Shown piece by piece: positions 28,659-38,050 of a DNA stretch of 64,000 nucleotides. The translations under genes and the position numbers were made by a program. How positions within the stretch are numbered: the first letter of the stretch is position 1; each line of letters begins with the position of its first letter. The notes under the pieces were generated by a model. The model worked only from the letters and a program-made list of their open reading frames with translations. It searched no databases and was not told the DNA's origin. Origin of the DNA: Nitrosopumilus sp. (GTDB taxonomy: Archaea > Thermoproteota > Nitrososphaeria > Nitrososphaerales > Nitrosopumilaceae); contig OZ250186.1 of NCBI GenBank assembly GCA_965238275.1, forward strand, positions 800,001-864,000, read 5' to 3'.

Positions 28659-30179
28659 ATGATTGTCAGCAAAATCATCAAGATAACACAATCTCGGGAA
28701 CTGTCACGCAAGATCGTGAAATGCTCCCGGGAAACAGACATCATTTACGACATGACGATCATGATGAAACTCACACATCCCAGAATCACGCAGTTTGATG
28801 TCAACAACCTGATAACAGGATGGCGCAGGGAATTCGGCCTGACCAACAGCGTCCGCATGCATGAGGCCGCCTCAAAACAGGCTTTCCAGGCGGTAGTCAA
28901 ATTCCGCAAGGCAAACCGGCTCAAGCACAACAAGCGCATCTGGCGCAAGAAACAGATCAAGCTGGGGAAAAAGAAGACGTACAGGCACAACAGGTGGACC
29001 GAGCCGTCTGGCCTGATGAGGCGCGGCAGGAAAACAACCAGGCTGCGCTCGCTGAATTCACGCGGAAAGCCAAAACTGCGGGACGACGGCACCGTATTTC
29101 TGCCCGGACTCGGGGAAGTAAGGCCGCGCGTAAAGATCCCGGAAGGCAGGCTCGTGTCATTCCAGATGATTGATGTTACGAAAAAAGTCACGCGCAGGAC
29201 GAAAGATTCTGACTGCGAATTCAGACTGTGCCTGCAAATCGAGGTTCCGGATCCCGAACCCGTGACAGACGGCGACGGCGACAGTTGCAAGGCCGGATTG
29301 GATCTTGGAGTCAGGCACCTTGCGGCAGTCGCAGACGAGCATGGGAATGAAAAACTGTACAATGTCCCGGGAGGCTGCAAGAGGCATGACGGCGACAGGA
29401 TTGATCAGCTGAAATCACTTAGATCAAGATGCCAGACAGGCTCCAGAAGATGGAAAGAGATCGGCCGCAAGATAGCGCATGAATTGAAAAATATATCAAA
29501 CAGGCAAAAACACAACGAGATCGACATTGCCAGGCGGATAACAAAAGGGCTGTCTGCGTTGTTCTTGGAAGACATGGATTTGACCAAGATGAGGCGATCC
29601 AACGGAGCAGCCTCAAAGACTGGGTTGAATCGCGAGATGGCATACTCTAGGATTGGAGAGTTTCGATGCCAGCTTGAATGGCAGATGAAAAAGAAAGGCG
29701 GCGTTGCAAAACGCGTGAAATACAGGTACACGAGCCAGAAATGCGCTGCCTGCCAAATAGTGGACAAGAAGTCCAGAAACGGCGAATCCTTTGTCTGCGT
29801 GTCCTGCGGGTGGTGCCACCATGCCGACAAGAACGCGGCAAAAAACATTTTGGATAATGACTGTCTCCATACGGAGGAGACTGGCGGCCAAGCCCACGGG
29901 AATCGTGGAGGCACCATTGCAGGTGTCGAGGTCGTCACAAGGCGCGAGGATCACGGATCGGATGGTTCTGGAATGAACGATTCGACAAGCCGGCTTGGAC
30001 CCGGCAACAAGGAGGATGATGTTGGAAGATCTGACAGAGCGCCGGAAAGAGCATCAGGACATGCTACAGAGAGATCTGTTTGCACGAACTTTCGCTCGCC
30101 GCTATACTACCTGAACGCACCTGATCGCACTATTGCATCTCGATCGTGGACGGGGGCTTGCTTGATATCGCGTACGTGA
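28659..30179 (+). CDS. tnpB: RNA-guided endonuclease TnpB
   Basis: RuvC-I GLDLGVR, RuvC-II LFLEDM, YTSQKCAAC...CVSC zinc finger, RuvC-III HADKNAAKNI, then a ~110-aa tail. Confidence 0.9.
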   Translation: MIVSKIIKITQSRELSRKIVKCSRETDIIYDMTIMMKLTHPRITQFDVNNLITGWRREFGLTNSVRMHEAASKQAFQAVVKFRKANRLKHNKRIWRKKQIKLGKKKTYRHNRWTEPSGLMRRGRKTTRLRSLNSRGKPKLRDDGTVFLPGLGEVRPRVKIPEGRLVSFQMIDVTKKVTRRTKDSDCEFRLCLQIEVPDPEPVTDGDGDSCKAGLDLGVRHLAAVADEHGNEKLYNVPGGCKRHDGDRIDQLKSLRSRCQTGSRRWKEIGRKIAHELKNISNRQKHNEIDIARRITKGLSALFLEDMDLTKMRRSNGAASKTGLNREMAYSRIGEFRCQLEWQMKKKGGVAKRVKYRYTSQKCAACQIVDKKSRNGESFVCVSCGWCHHADKNAAKNILDNDCLHTEETGGQAHGNRGGTIAGVEVVTRREDHGSDGSGMNDSTSRLGPGNKEDDVGRSDRAPERASGHATERSVCTNFRSPLYYLNAPDRTIASRSWTGACLISRT

Positions 30180-31653
30180 CCAGCGTGACGTCCTCGATCT
30201 CGTTTGTAATGCGGTTGCTCATCCTCTCCAGGACATCGTGGGGCAGCCTGGTCCAGTCGGCAGTCATCGCATCTATGGAATCGACTGCCCTGATGATCAC
30301 TATGTTTCCGTACCTTCGCTCGTCTCCCACTACGCCTACGGCCCTGTCATCGCCCACTGTAGCATATGCCTGCCATATCCCCTCGTACAGTCCGGCCTTG
30401 ATCAGCTCGTCCTCGACTATCCTGCTTGCCCTCTTGGCAATGTTGAGCTTGGCAGGCGTTATCTCCCCGATGATTCTTACTGCCAGGCCGGGACCGGGAA
30501 ACGGATGTCTGGTGAGTATCTTCTCAGGAACCCCCAGAATCCCTGCAATCTTTCTCACCTCGTCCTTGTACAGATCCCTTAACGGCTCCAGGACATCCAG
30601 ATGCAGCCAGTCAGGCAGCCCTCCCACGTTGTGGTGAGTCTTTATCACGGCTGCAGGCCCCTTTGATACCCCGCTCTCGATGACGTCCGGATAGAGCGTG
30701 CCCTGCGCCAGCCATTTGAACGGACCGTTCTGTTCGGCAAACTCTGTAAAGACATGGACAAACTCCTCCCCTATTATCATCCTCTTCCTCTCCGGGTCAG
30801 TTACCCCCCTTAGCCTCTCCAGAAACCTCTCTGATGCCTCAATGGCAGTAAAGTTTACGGCAAAGTTGTCCCTGAACATCCTCTCCACCTCGGCCCCCTC
30901 GTCCATTCTCAGCAGGCCGTTATTCACAAAGACACACTTGAGCCTGTCCCCTATGGCCCTGTGGATGATGAGTGCTGCAACTGTCGAGTCGATGCCCCCG
31001 CTGACACCGCACAGCACGTTGCCTTCGATCCCCGCGATGCCCCTGACTGCCTCCTCTACGAACCCCTCCATGGTCCACTCCTGGCCTGCCCCGCACACAT
31101 CAAGTACAAAATTACCAAGAATTCTGGTTCCCTTCTCGGTGTGCGCCACCTCCGGATGGAACTGGATTCCGTATACGGGCCTCTCCTCTGAGACGATTGC
31201 AGCAGCCTTTACGTTATCTGTATGTCCTATAACCCTGAATCCCGGAGGTACTGCCTCTGCCTCGTCGCCGTGGCTCATCCACGCCTTTACAGAATCCCCT
31301 ATTCCTCCCAAAAGATCGCCTGCGTCATCTATCCTGAGTTGTGCCGAACCGTACTCCTTGTTTGCCCGCTTTACCCTTCCGCCGTGCCTGTCCACAATAA
31401 GCTGGTGCCCGTAGCAGATTCCAAGTATGGGAAGCCCCATCTCAAAGATCCCGTCGTCTGGCATGGGGGCATCCTGCTCGTATACGCTTGACGGACCGCC
31501 TGACAGAATGATTCCCTTGGGGTTGCGTTTTTTCAGCTCCTCGCAGGTAATGTCATAGGGAACCAGCTCTGCGTACACTGAGAGATCCCTTATCCTTCTG
31601 CAGATTAGGTGGCTGTACTGTGATCCAAAATCTAGCACCGTGATCCTGTCCAT
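30130..31653 (-). CDS. guaA: GMP synthase (glutamine-hydrolysing)
   Basis: LDFGSQY, GICYGHQ, QFHPEV, SGGIDS, QGTLYPDVIES, KPPSTIE. Confidence 0.96.
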   Translation of the reverse strand: MDRITVLDFGSQYSHLICRRIRDLSVYAELVPYDITCEELKKRNPKGIILSGGPSSVYEQDAPMPDDGIFEMGLPILGICYGHQLIVDRHGGRVKRANKEYGSAQLRIDDAGDLLGGIGDSVKAWMSHGDEAEAVPPGFRVIGHTDNVKAAAIVSEERPVYGIQFHPEVAHTEKGTRILGNFVLDVCGAGQEWTMEGFVEEAVRGIAGIEGNVLCGVSGGIDSTVAALIIHRAIGDRLKCVFVNNGLLRMDEGAEVERMFRDNFAVNFTAIEASERFLERLRGVTDPERKRMIIGEEFVHVFTEFAEQNGPFKWLAQGTLYPDVIESGVSKGPAAVIKTHHNVGGLPDWLHLDVLEPLRDLYKDEVRKIAGILGVPEKILTRHPFPGPGLAVRIIGEITPAKLNIAKRASRIVEDELIKAGLYEGIWQAYATVGDDRAVGVVGDERRYGNIVIIRAVDSIDAMTADWTRLPHDVLERMSNRITNEIEDVTLVTYAISSKPPSTIEMQ

Positions 31654-31660
31654 ACCATCA

Positions 31661-32263
31661 TCACTTGCCGGTCTTTTCAAGCATTCTTGTAAGCGACCAT
31701 TCTGCCGCATTGATAAGATCCCCTGTCCTGTCGCCTCCGCCATAATTCCTGATTACTATCTCACGGATGCCGTTCTTGTCGCTGTCCACCGTACACTCTA
31801 TGACCGACTCTGGTGAAATCTCCCCCTTTTTGGCCATGGCCTCGTCCTTTCTCCTTATGTCCCCGATGACCCTGTCCATGAAGAATGACCGGAACGGTGG
31901 CGTATCCTCCCCTACCCTGATGTGATCCTCAAGCGTGATGGAGAGCCGATCCTGCGTGATGCGCGCCCTTGCGATAAGATCCCCGCCGTTCCCCCTCTTG
32001 ATTGGAATCGAGTCGTCCTGCACCGAATCCTCCGGAATATCCTCGGGGGCATCCTCCGGAATATCCTCAGTGGCATCCTCCGGAGCATCCGTCCTTGGGG
32101 CCATCTGGGATGCCCTTGTAAAACTGGATCCCTTCAGAACCGTATCCAGAATGCGGAGGTTCTTCTCCAGGGAATCGATGGCCTCCTGGTGGTCGCTTAT
32201 CTTTCTGGCCAGTTCCTCCTTGAGCGTTACAATGTCCCTTATCTGCTCCTCTGAGAACATCAT
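31661..32263 (-). CDS. Conserved archaeal hypothetical protein with acidic repeat linker
   Basis: Coiled coil, SFTRAS, (D-A/I-P/T-E)n linker, PPFRSFF, IRNY, WSLTRM. Confidence 0.7.
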   Translation of the reverse strand: MMFSEEQIRDIVTLKEELARKISDHQEAIDSLEKNLRILDTVLKGSSFTRASQMAPRTDAPEDATEDIPEDAPEDIPEDSVQDDSIPIKRGNGGDLIARARITQDRLSITLEDHIRVGEDTPPFRSFFMDRVIGDIRRKDEAMAKKGEISPESVIECTVDSDKNGIREIVIRNYGGGDRTGDLINAAEWSLTRMLEKTGK

Positions 32264-32319
32264 GATTAGATGATCGGCAGATTGGGTATTAAATGCATTC
32301 CAGCCAGTACTGGCATGCG

Positions 32320-33072
32320 TCACTCTGCAGAACTACCTGCCATCAGCCCCAGCGTTTCATAGGATATCCTTTCAAATCCCCGAATCGGCCTTGACGTGGT
32401 GTACAGCCCGGTTCCCGTGTGTACTGCAAGCCATTCCAGAAGCTCCTGACCCTTTTTGAGCTTTGCAAGCTTTGTCTGCCTGTCCTGTATTGGCGTGCCA
32501 GAATGCCTCCCGATCCTGTCTCCAAAATCCATCCCAAACAGGACTATTCTGTCTGCGCCATAGTGGCTTGCAAGAAAGACTGCCCTGTCCCCGTCGGTAA
32601 ACCCCCCAAAGTTTTGAATCCTGCCTGACTGTCCTGACTGGGCCGTCCCGATGCAGTTTTTGAACCTTCCTGCAATGTGCAGCCTGTCCCGGTTGTCCCC
32701 GTGGGCATGCACGACGAATATGGTCTGCGTATCTGCCATCCCATCAAAAAGGTCCAGATCCCCGTCCAGATCGGTAACTATGACATCCGGCACGATTTGG
32801 TTCCTCATGAGCAGTCCTGCCGAGCTGTCAGCTGCAATTATCACCGCCCCTTCCCTGTATCTCCTGAGATGCCTTACTGCAGACGGCAGCGAGGGCCCGG
32901 CACCTATCACAAAGATTGTACTGCCGCGTATCATCCTGGCGATTCTTGCCTCCGCGTCAGATTCCCTTATGATGGTTCCAAGAAGGGCAGCCGATCCCTC
33001 GTCCTTGTCCCTGTCATACCCGAACTCCTTTAGGATCCGGGCATACTGGCGCTCCCAGTCCGGAATGGTCAT
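32320..33072 (-). CDS. mptE: 6-hydroxymethyl-7,8-dihydropterin pyrophosphokinase
   Basis: GAGPSL, IAAD, VTDLDG, VHAHGDN, NFGGFTDGDRA, GMDFG. Divergent from folP. Confidence 0.88.
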   Translation of the reverse strand: MTIPDWERQYARILKEFGYDRDKDEGSAALLGTIIRESDAEARIARMIRGSTIFVIGAGPSLPSAVRHLRRYREGAVIIAADSSAGLLMRNQIVPDVIVTDLDGDLDLFDGMADTQTIFVVHAHGDNRDRLHIAGRFKNCIGTAQSGQSGRIQNFGGFTDGDRAVFLASHYGADRIVLFGMDFGDRIGRHSGTPIQDRQTKLAKLKKGQELLEWLAVHTGTGLYTTSRPIRGFERISYETLGLMAGSSAE

Positions 33073-33100
33073 ATGACTAAAATTGTCCGGACACCCATAA

Positions 33101-33985
33101 ATGATTATGACCGTGATTGGAGGCGTGCGGGTGGGCAGACCCCACAGGATCCGCATAATGGGAATTCTCAATACCAGTCCCGAGTCATTCTACAGCGGGT
33201 CGGTCCGCACCGGCAATACTGCAATACGCGATGCTGCTAGGCAGATGGAGGATGACGGGGCCGACTTTATCGACGTGGGGGGAATGTCCACTGCGCCATA
33301 CCTTCAGACCATGATATCCGAGGGAACGGAGCGGGATCGAATTCTTAACGCGGTGCGCATAATCCAGGACGCATCAAACCTGCCCATATCAGTTGACACC
33401 TGCAGGGCCTCGGTGGCCCGGGCCGCCATGGAGTGCGGGGTTCGGATAATTAATGACATCACAGGACTAAAGTACGACCCGGAGATGAGGAATGTGGCAT
33501 CCAGGTATGCACCGTCCCTAATCCTGTGTGCGTACAGTTCCCGGCCTGTAAAGGGGAACCACGTGGCTGTCGCATCCGGACTATTACAGGAGAGTCTGGA
33601 TATTGCAAGACTTGCATCCGTCCCGGCAAACAAAATAGTGCTGGATCCGTCGATAGGATTATTCAGGAGGGATGGGAACGGCCCGTTCCATACAAGGATT
33701 AGGGGCAGCTGGGTATCCCGGGATCTTGCCGTGATCCGGAATCTAAAGCATATATCCCCAGACATTCCAATCATGGTATCCGTATCCAACAAGTCGTTTC
33801 TCGGATACCTGCTGAAAGAGGATGATCCCTCCCGAAGGCTGGCAGGATCCATTGCAGCCGAGACTGTGTCTGTCATGTCAGGCGCCAGCATCATCCGCAC
33901 CCACAACGTAAGGGCGGCCCGCGATGCGGCAACCGTTGCCACTGCGCTGATGCGTAGCAGCAGCAAGGACTCGGACGGTTGTTAG
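33101..33985 (+). CDS. folP: Dihydropteroate synthase
   Basis: IMGILNTSPESF, IDVGGMST, SVDT, INDITG, LDP, SNKSF, IRTHNV. Confidence 0.92.
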   Translation: MIMTVIGGVRVGRPHRIRIMGILNTSPESFYSGSVRTGNTAIRDAARQMEDDGADFIDVGGMSTAPYLQTMISEGTERDRILNAVRIIQDASNLPISVDTCRASVARAAMECGVRIINDITGLKYDPEMRNVASRYAPSLILCAYSSRPVKGNHVAVASGLLQESLDIARLASVPANKIVLDPSIGLFRRDGNGPFHTRIRGSWVSRDLAVIRNLKHISPDIPIMVSVSNKSFLGYLLKEDDPSRRLAGSIAAETVSVMSGASIIRTHNVRAARDAATVATALMRSSSKDSDGC

Positions 33986-34038
33986 AGACTGGCATCCCCC
34001 GGATATGGCCGGTTGCGCACGGCATCCAATACCTGAAT

Positions 34039-36060
34039 TTACAGTTTCAAAAGCATCCTTACAAGCCGATATAAATTGCCAAAACCCTGCTGGCTCATTC
34101 CGGACATGTATTGAAAATCACTTCTTGTAGTGTAGTTTCCGTTTGTCATGCATGCCGCATAAAGCACTGCAGCTGCAAGCCCGCTTGGTCTTCTGCCCAC
34201 GCCTCCGCCCGTATTGGTAATCCTGTCTGCATATTCCAAAGCCAGCTGTGTTGTTTTGGCGTCAGGACGTATCTGTTTAGAGTGTGCCATGATGTATTTT
34301 TTTATTCTTACGTTGGAATCAAAAGGATTTTTCGAATAAACATTAAGACCGATCTTCCTCTTTGCCTTGATGAAAACCTTGTTGTTCTGACTCACCTTTG
34401 TCAAATAATTGGTTCGTTGCAGATAGTCTATCCTGTTTCGAATTGCCTTTTCTGTTATATCTCCTCCCTCAAGCAGTTCTATTATGCCTTCAAGAGGGAT
34501 TGTTTCTTCCCTGATTATTCCCTTTATTTCATTGTCCAGTGCGCGTTTAATCAGTCTCTTATACCATGGCAATGGAATACCTGCCTGTTTCTGAAGGTAA
34601 TCTAGGCTTTCTAAAATCTGACTCGAAAAATTTGTTTTTGTGTCATGTTCCTGTCTGATTATCTCCTCCCATACCGTCTCCCATTCAAACTCTCCTGCCC
34701 GCACTATCAGTCCCATGTCCTGAATGTCGCCTTCCCTTGATGTCACAGCTTTTAGTAAAAACAGGTCTTCGTTGCAAAGAGTGTACAGATTCAGCCTGCC
34801 AAATTTTTCATGCGTGGCCCTTTTGATCATGCCATCCGAGAGTAGCAGCTTTTTTGCGATTCTGGTTTTGAACAGATCCACGCGGCTTCTTGCAGGATGC
34901 TCAAATATGTCAAACGGGTCTGTCCTGTTGTCATCCTCTGTGAAGCGTGATCTGTTTATGGACGCATATCCGATCTTCTCTAGGGCATTGACAAGCTCCT
35001 TTTCATGCTTCAGATCCGTTACAACGATGTCACAGTCCTTTGTTCTTTGCTTGATTCCTTTTTTTCTCATGTTCTCCCCTCCAAACAGATAGGCATCCAC
35101 TGGAACTGCCAGCTTGTCTCCAACCTCCTCAAAAAGCTCTGGATATGCGTTTGGGAGAGTATACAGTTCTGGGGGCATGTTGTACAGTCTTGCCTTCTCT
35201 TCAAATTCGGCCCTTGGCAGAAACAGCCTGTTGTTGGTTACGGGATTGTTTCTAATGTATCCCTCAATGTCCAGCCAGACATCAGATACCGAGTACAGTC
35301 TTGCCGTCGGCCTTATGTCTGCTGTATCCATCCTGCTTCTGTTCCTGAGATAGAACAACACGCACATTGTAGTCTCACTTTTGTTCTGATCTTTTACGGC
35401 CGCCACTATGGCATGAACCAGTACCTCCTCAATCCTTAACGGGGAATCCTGTCTTGCATAGTAGTCGTGCGTGGTATGGTATTCGATGCCGTAATCCCAA
35501 AACATGGAAAATCCAGTAAGCTCTCCCTTGATTTTTTTGCCTTTCTTGGCCTTCTTCAGCACCCTCAGGCTGTCTTGATAAATTATCTCAGAATCGGGTT
35601 CTATTAATGACAGCTCCTTTTCCGTCTTCAAATATTTTGCAAAAAGAAGAACCGTTTCCCTGTCCTGCCTTATGTGAATCCTGTCGTGGTTTCTCCTCAC
35701 TATTCCCACAGAGTCAAAATCCGATACTGCCCGCTGGACTGTTCTCAGGGAGAGCCCTGTGGCATCCTGCATCTCTTTGATCGTTGCAGGCTCTGTCATG
35801 TTGCACAGTACTGCTTCGTTTGAATCGTGAAGCAGGATCTGGACATCATACTGTTCTGCCACTTTGCTGAATAGTGCATATTTTGGATTGTGGTTCGTTC
35901 TCAAAACACCTCTGTCCCTGTTCAGATAGTTTTGGCTGATCAAATCATTTGCCAGCAGGTTGAGGTGGGACTCGCTTATTCCCAGAATCTGCCCTAGTCT
36001 GGACCTTTCTCCTATTCCCTTGCTCACCTGTTTTAGCAGTCGTATTGATGATTTTTTCAT
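34039..36060 (-). CDS. Multidomain wHTH / nucleotidyltransferase (DUF6036/AbiEii-like) / TFIIB cyclin-repeat protein
   Basis: Two N-terminal wHTH-like segments; YLFGGENM...RTKDCDIVV, LFLLKAVTSREGDIQD; C-terminal GRRPSGLAAAVLYAAC. ATG at 36060 follows a TATA-like tract. Confidence 0.75.
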   Translation of the reverse strand: MKKSSIRLLKQVSKGIGERSRLGQILGISESHLNLLANDLISQNYLNRDRGVLRTNHNPKYALFSKVAEQYDVQILLHDSNEAVLCNMTEPATIKEMQDATGLSLRTVQRAVSDFDSVGIVRRNHDRIHIRQDRETVLLFAKYLKTEKELSLIEPDSEIIYQDSLRVLKKAKKGKKIKGELTGFSMFWDYGIEYHTTHDYYARQDSPLRIEEVLVHAIVAAVKDQNKSETTMCVLFYLRNRSRMDTADIRPTARLYSVSDVWLDIEGYIRNNPVTNNRLFLPRAEFEEKARLYNMPPELYTLPNAYPELFEEVGDKLAVPVDAYLFGGENMRKKGIKQRTKDCDIVVTDLKHEKELVNALEKIGYASINRSRFTEDDNRTDPFDIFEHPARSRVDLFKTRIAKKLLLSDGMIKRATHEKFGRLNLYTLCNEDLFLLKAVTSREGDIQDMGLIVRAGEFEWETVWEEIIRQEHDTKTNFSSQILESLDYLQKQAGIPLPWYKRLIKRALDNEIKGIIREETIPLEGIIELLEGGDITEKAIRNRIDYLQRTNYLTKVSQNNKVFIKAKRKIGLNVYSKNPFDSNVRIKKYIMAHSKQIRPDAKTTQLALEYADRITNTGGGVGRRPSGLAAAVLYAACMTNGNYTTRSDFQYMSGMSQQGFGNLYRLVRMLLKL

Positions 36061-36360
36061 TTTCAGTGTCTTAAGATAGCATATCTTAATATATATCCTA
36101 TTCTGTGACACTGAAATATCCATGTGGCTCCAGAATTGACTGAAACCACCGAGCATTCCAACCCCATGCCAACCGTCGTTTGGACTGTGGCCGTATGCAC
36201 AAGGGGAGGGGATCACGCAAACGACATCAATCATTGCTCATGGTAATGATTGCTAGACGACTGCATACGGTGCTGACGCCCTAGATACGGCAGTCCCGAC
36301 TGCCAGTATCCTCAAAACAAAGGCTTATAATCAATATGTACACTTCCTAACAAGGTTTCA

Positions 36361-37791
36361 TTGGAATTCAGAGAGGGGTTGACATTTGACGATGTTCTCC
36401 TAGTTCCCAAATACTCCAACATTACAAGCAGGAGCCAGACTGATCTGACCACCCGGCTGTCCCGCAACATCTCAATCAACATTCCGTTTGTAAGTGCAAA
36501 CATGGACACTGTCACCGAGTCCTCCATGGCAGTGGCCATGGCCCGGGCAGGCGGAATCGGCATCATACACAGGTTCCTGACGATAAGGGAGCAGACAGAC
36601 GAGGTCCTCAAGGTAAAGCGGTCAGGCAGCGTCATAATAGAGAACCCGTACCTGATATCCCAGGACAGATCCGTTCAGGATGCCATGAACTACGCAACAG
36701 AAAAGGATGTATCCGGACTGCTGGTGGTGGACTCTGAGTCCCGACTGGTCGGAATAATGACTGACAGGGATCTGCTGTTTGCCGATCCGCAGAACACCGT
36801 CATGGAGTGCATGACCAAGGACGTCATCTCTGCAAGACCCGGGGTGACCCTTGATGTCGCAAAGGAGATGCTGCACAGGCACAGGATCGAAAAGCTTCCC
36901 ATTATTGACGACTCTGGCAAGGTCATGGGGTTGATTACAAGCAAGGACATTACAAACATTGCAGACTTTCCAAACGCCTCCAAAGACGGCAAGGGCCGTC
37001 CGCTGGTGGGCGCAGCAGTGGGAGTCCGGGGGGACTTTCTGGAAAGAAGCGAGTCCCTGCTGGATGCGGGGGCAGACGTGCTTGTAGTGGACATAGCACA
37101 CGGCCACAGCGAAAACGCACTTAATGCAATCCGCAGCATCAAAAAGGCGTTCCCGGACGGAGAGCTGATTGCAGGAAATGTTGCAACCGCCAATGGCGCC
37201 CGGGATCTTATCCGGGCCGGAGTCGATGCCGTAAAGGTGGGGGTTGGTTCGGGCTCCATATGCATAACCCGCGTAATTACAGGCTCCGGCGTGCCGCAGC
37301 TTACTGCGGTAATGGACTGTGCACAGGTGGGGCGAGACGAGAACATCCCAATAATCTCAGACGGGGGCACGAGAAACTCCGGCGATGCCACCAAGGCACT
37401 GGCATCCGGTGCGTCATCAGTCATGGTGGGAAGCATGCTGGGAGGAACAGACGAATCTCCGGGTACCGTCCTGACAAAGAACGGAAAGCGCTTCAAGGTG
37501 TACCGCGGGATGGCCTCGCTTGCAGCATCCCTGGGACGCAAGTCAAAGGAGACCGGCCAGACATTCATCGACGACGAGATCAACGACTATGTGGCAGAGG
37601 GCGTCGAGGCGATGGTTCCATACAAGGGAACCGTAGTAGACATACTCAAGCAGCTTACAGGCGGGGTGCGCTCCGGCCTGAGCTACTGCGGGGCACACAC
37701 CATACTCCAGATGCAGGCAAATGCCGAGTTCATCAAGATGTCACGGGCCGGATTTGCAGAAAGCCAGCCGCACGATGTCTCACTGATGTGA
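36361..37791 (+). CDS. guaB: IMP dehydrogenase
   Basis: LTFDDVLLVP, SANMDTVTE, CBS pair, GSGSICITR, YRGMAS, EGVE. Confidence 0.97.
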   Translation: MEFREGLTFDDVLLVPKYSNITSRSQTDLTTRLSRNISINIPFVSANMDTVTESSMAVAMARAGGIGIIHRFLTIREQTDEVLKVKRSGSVIIENPYLISQDRSVQDAMNYATEKDVSGLLVVDSESRLVGIMTDRDLLFADPQNTVMECMTKDVISARPGVTLDVAKEMLHRHRIEKLPIIDDSGKVMGLITSKDITNIADFPNASKDGKGRPLVGAAVGVRGDFLERSESLLDAGADVLVVDIAHGHSENALNAIRSIKKAFPDGELIAGNVATANGARDLIRAGVDAVKVGVGSGSICITRVITGSGVPQLTAVMDCAQVGRDENIPIISDGGTRNSGDATKALASGASSVMVGSMLGGTDESPGTVLTKNGKRFKVYRGMASLAASLGRKSKETGQTFIDDEINDYVAEGVEAMVPYKGTVVDILKQLTGGVRSGLSYCGAHTILQMQANAEFIKMSRAGFAESQPHDVSLM

Positions 37792-38050
37792 GATCCTGCA
37801 GGCAAGGATTTTGCGTATGCAGGTTTGGTATGGTGTTGCCTGCCACATTGGGCATAAAGACTCAGATGCACGTACGGACTTGAGAATGTGACCGATGAAA
37901 TACGGTACCGCCAAGATCCTTAATTTTAAAAAAACGTGGTCAACACTGCCTGTCCGTATTGCTTCCAGACCGGCATTGAATACATCATGCAAATTCGTGT
38001 CTGGATGGATAACGCGCATGACGCTGTTTTTTAATATTTTTATACATCCG

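Larger units (their letters stand above)
27297..30106 (+). mobile_element. TIR-bounded TnpB element with TA ends; left TIR interrupted by IS110
   Basis: Removing the IS110 reconstructs a left end TATAGTGAAAAGCGAAAGTTCGTGCAA (27297-27314 + 28607-28615). This is 23/27 identical to the reverse complement of 30080-30106, with the inner 17 bp perfect. Confidence 0.82.

Noticed and set aside
28659-30179. Fanzor/pro-Fanzor or Cas12 assignment for the TnpB
   Set aside because: It has canonical DLG and LED RuvC motifs rather than DPG with a shifted glutamate, and there is no adjacent CRISPR array.
27506-30179. IS110 recombinase as the cognate transposase of tnpB (single composite element)
   Set aside because: The IS110 has its own core-delimited ends at 27315/28604 and interrupts the TnpB element's TIR, so the arrangement is nested.
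36061-36234. N-terminal extensions given by the ORF track (also for guaA, pheA, csl4, mptE and the ROK kinase)
   Set aside because: They overlap promoter-like or neighbouring coding sequence; downstream starts fit the family N-termini better.
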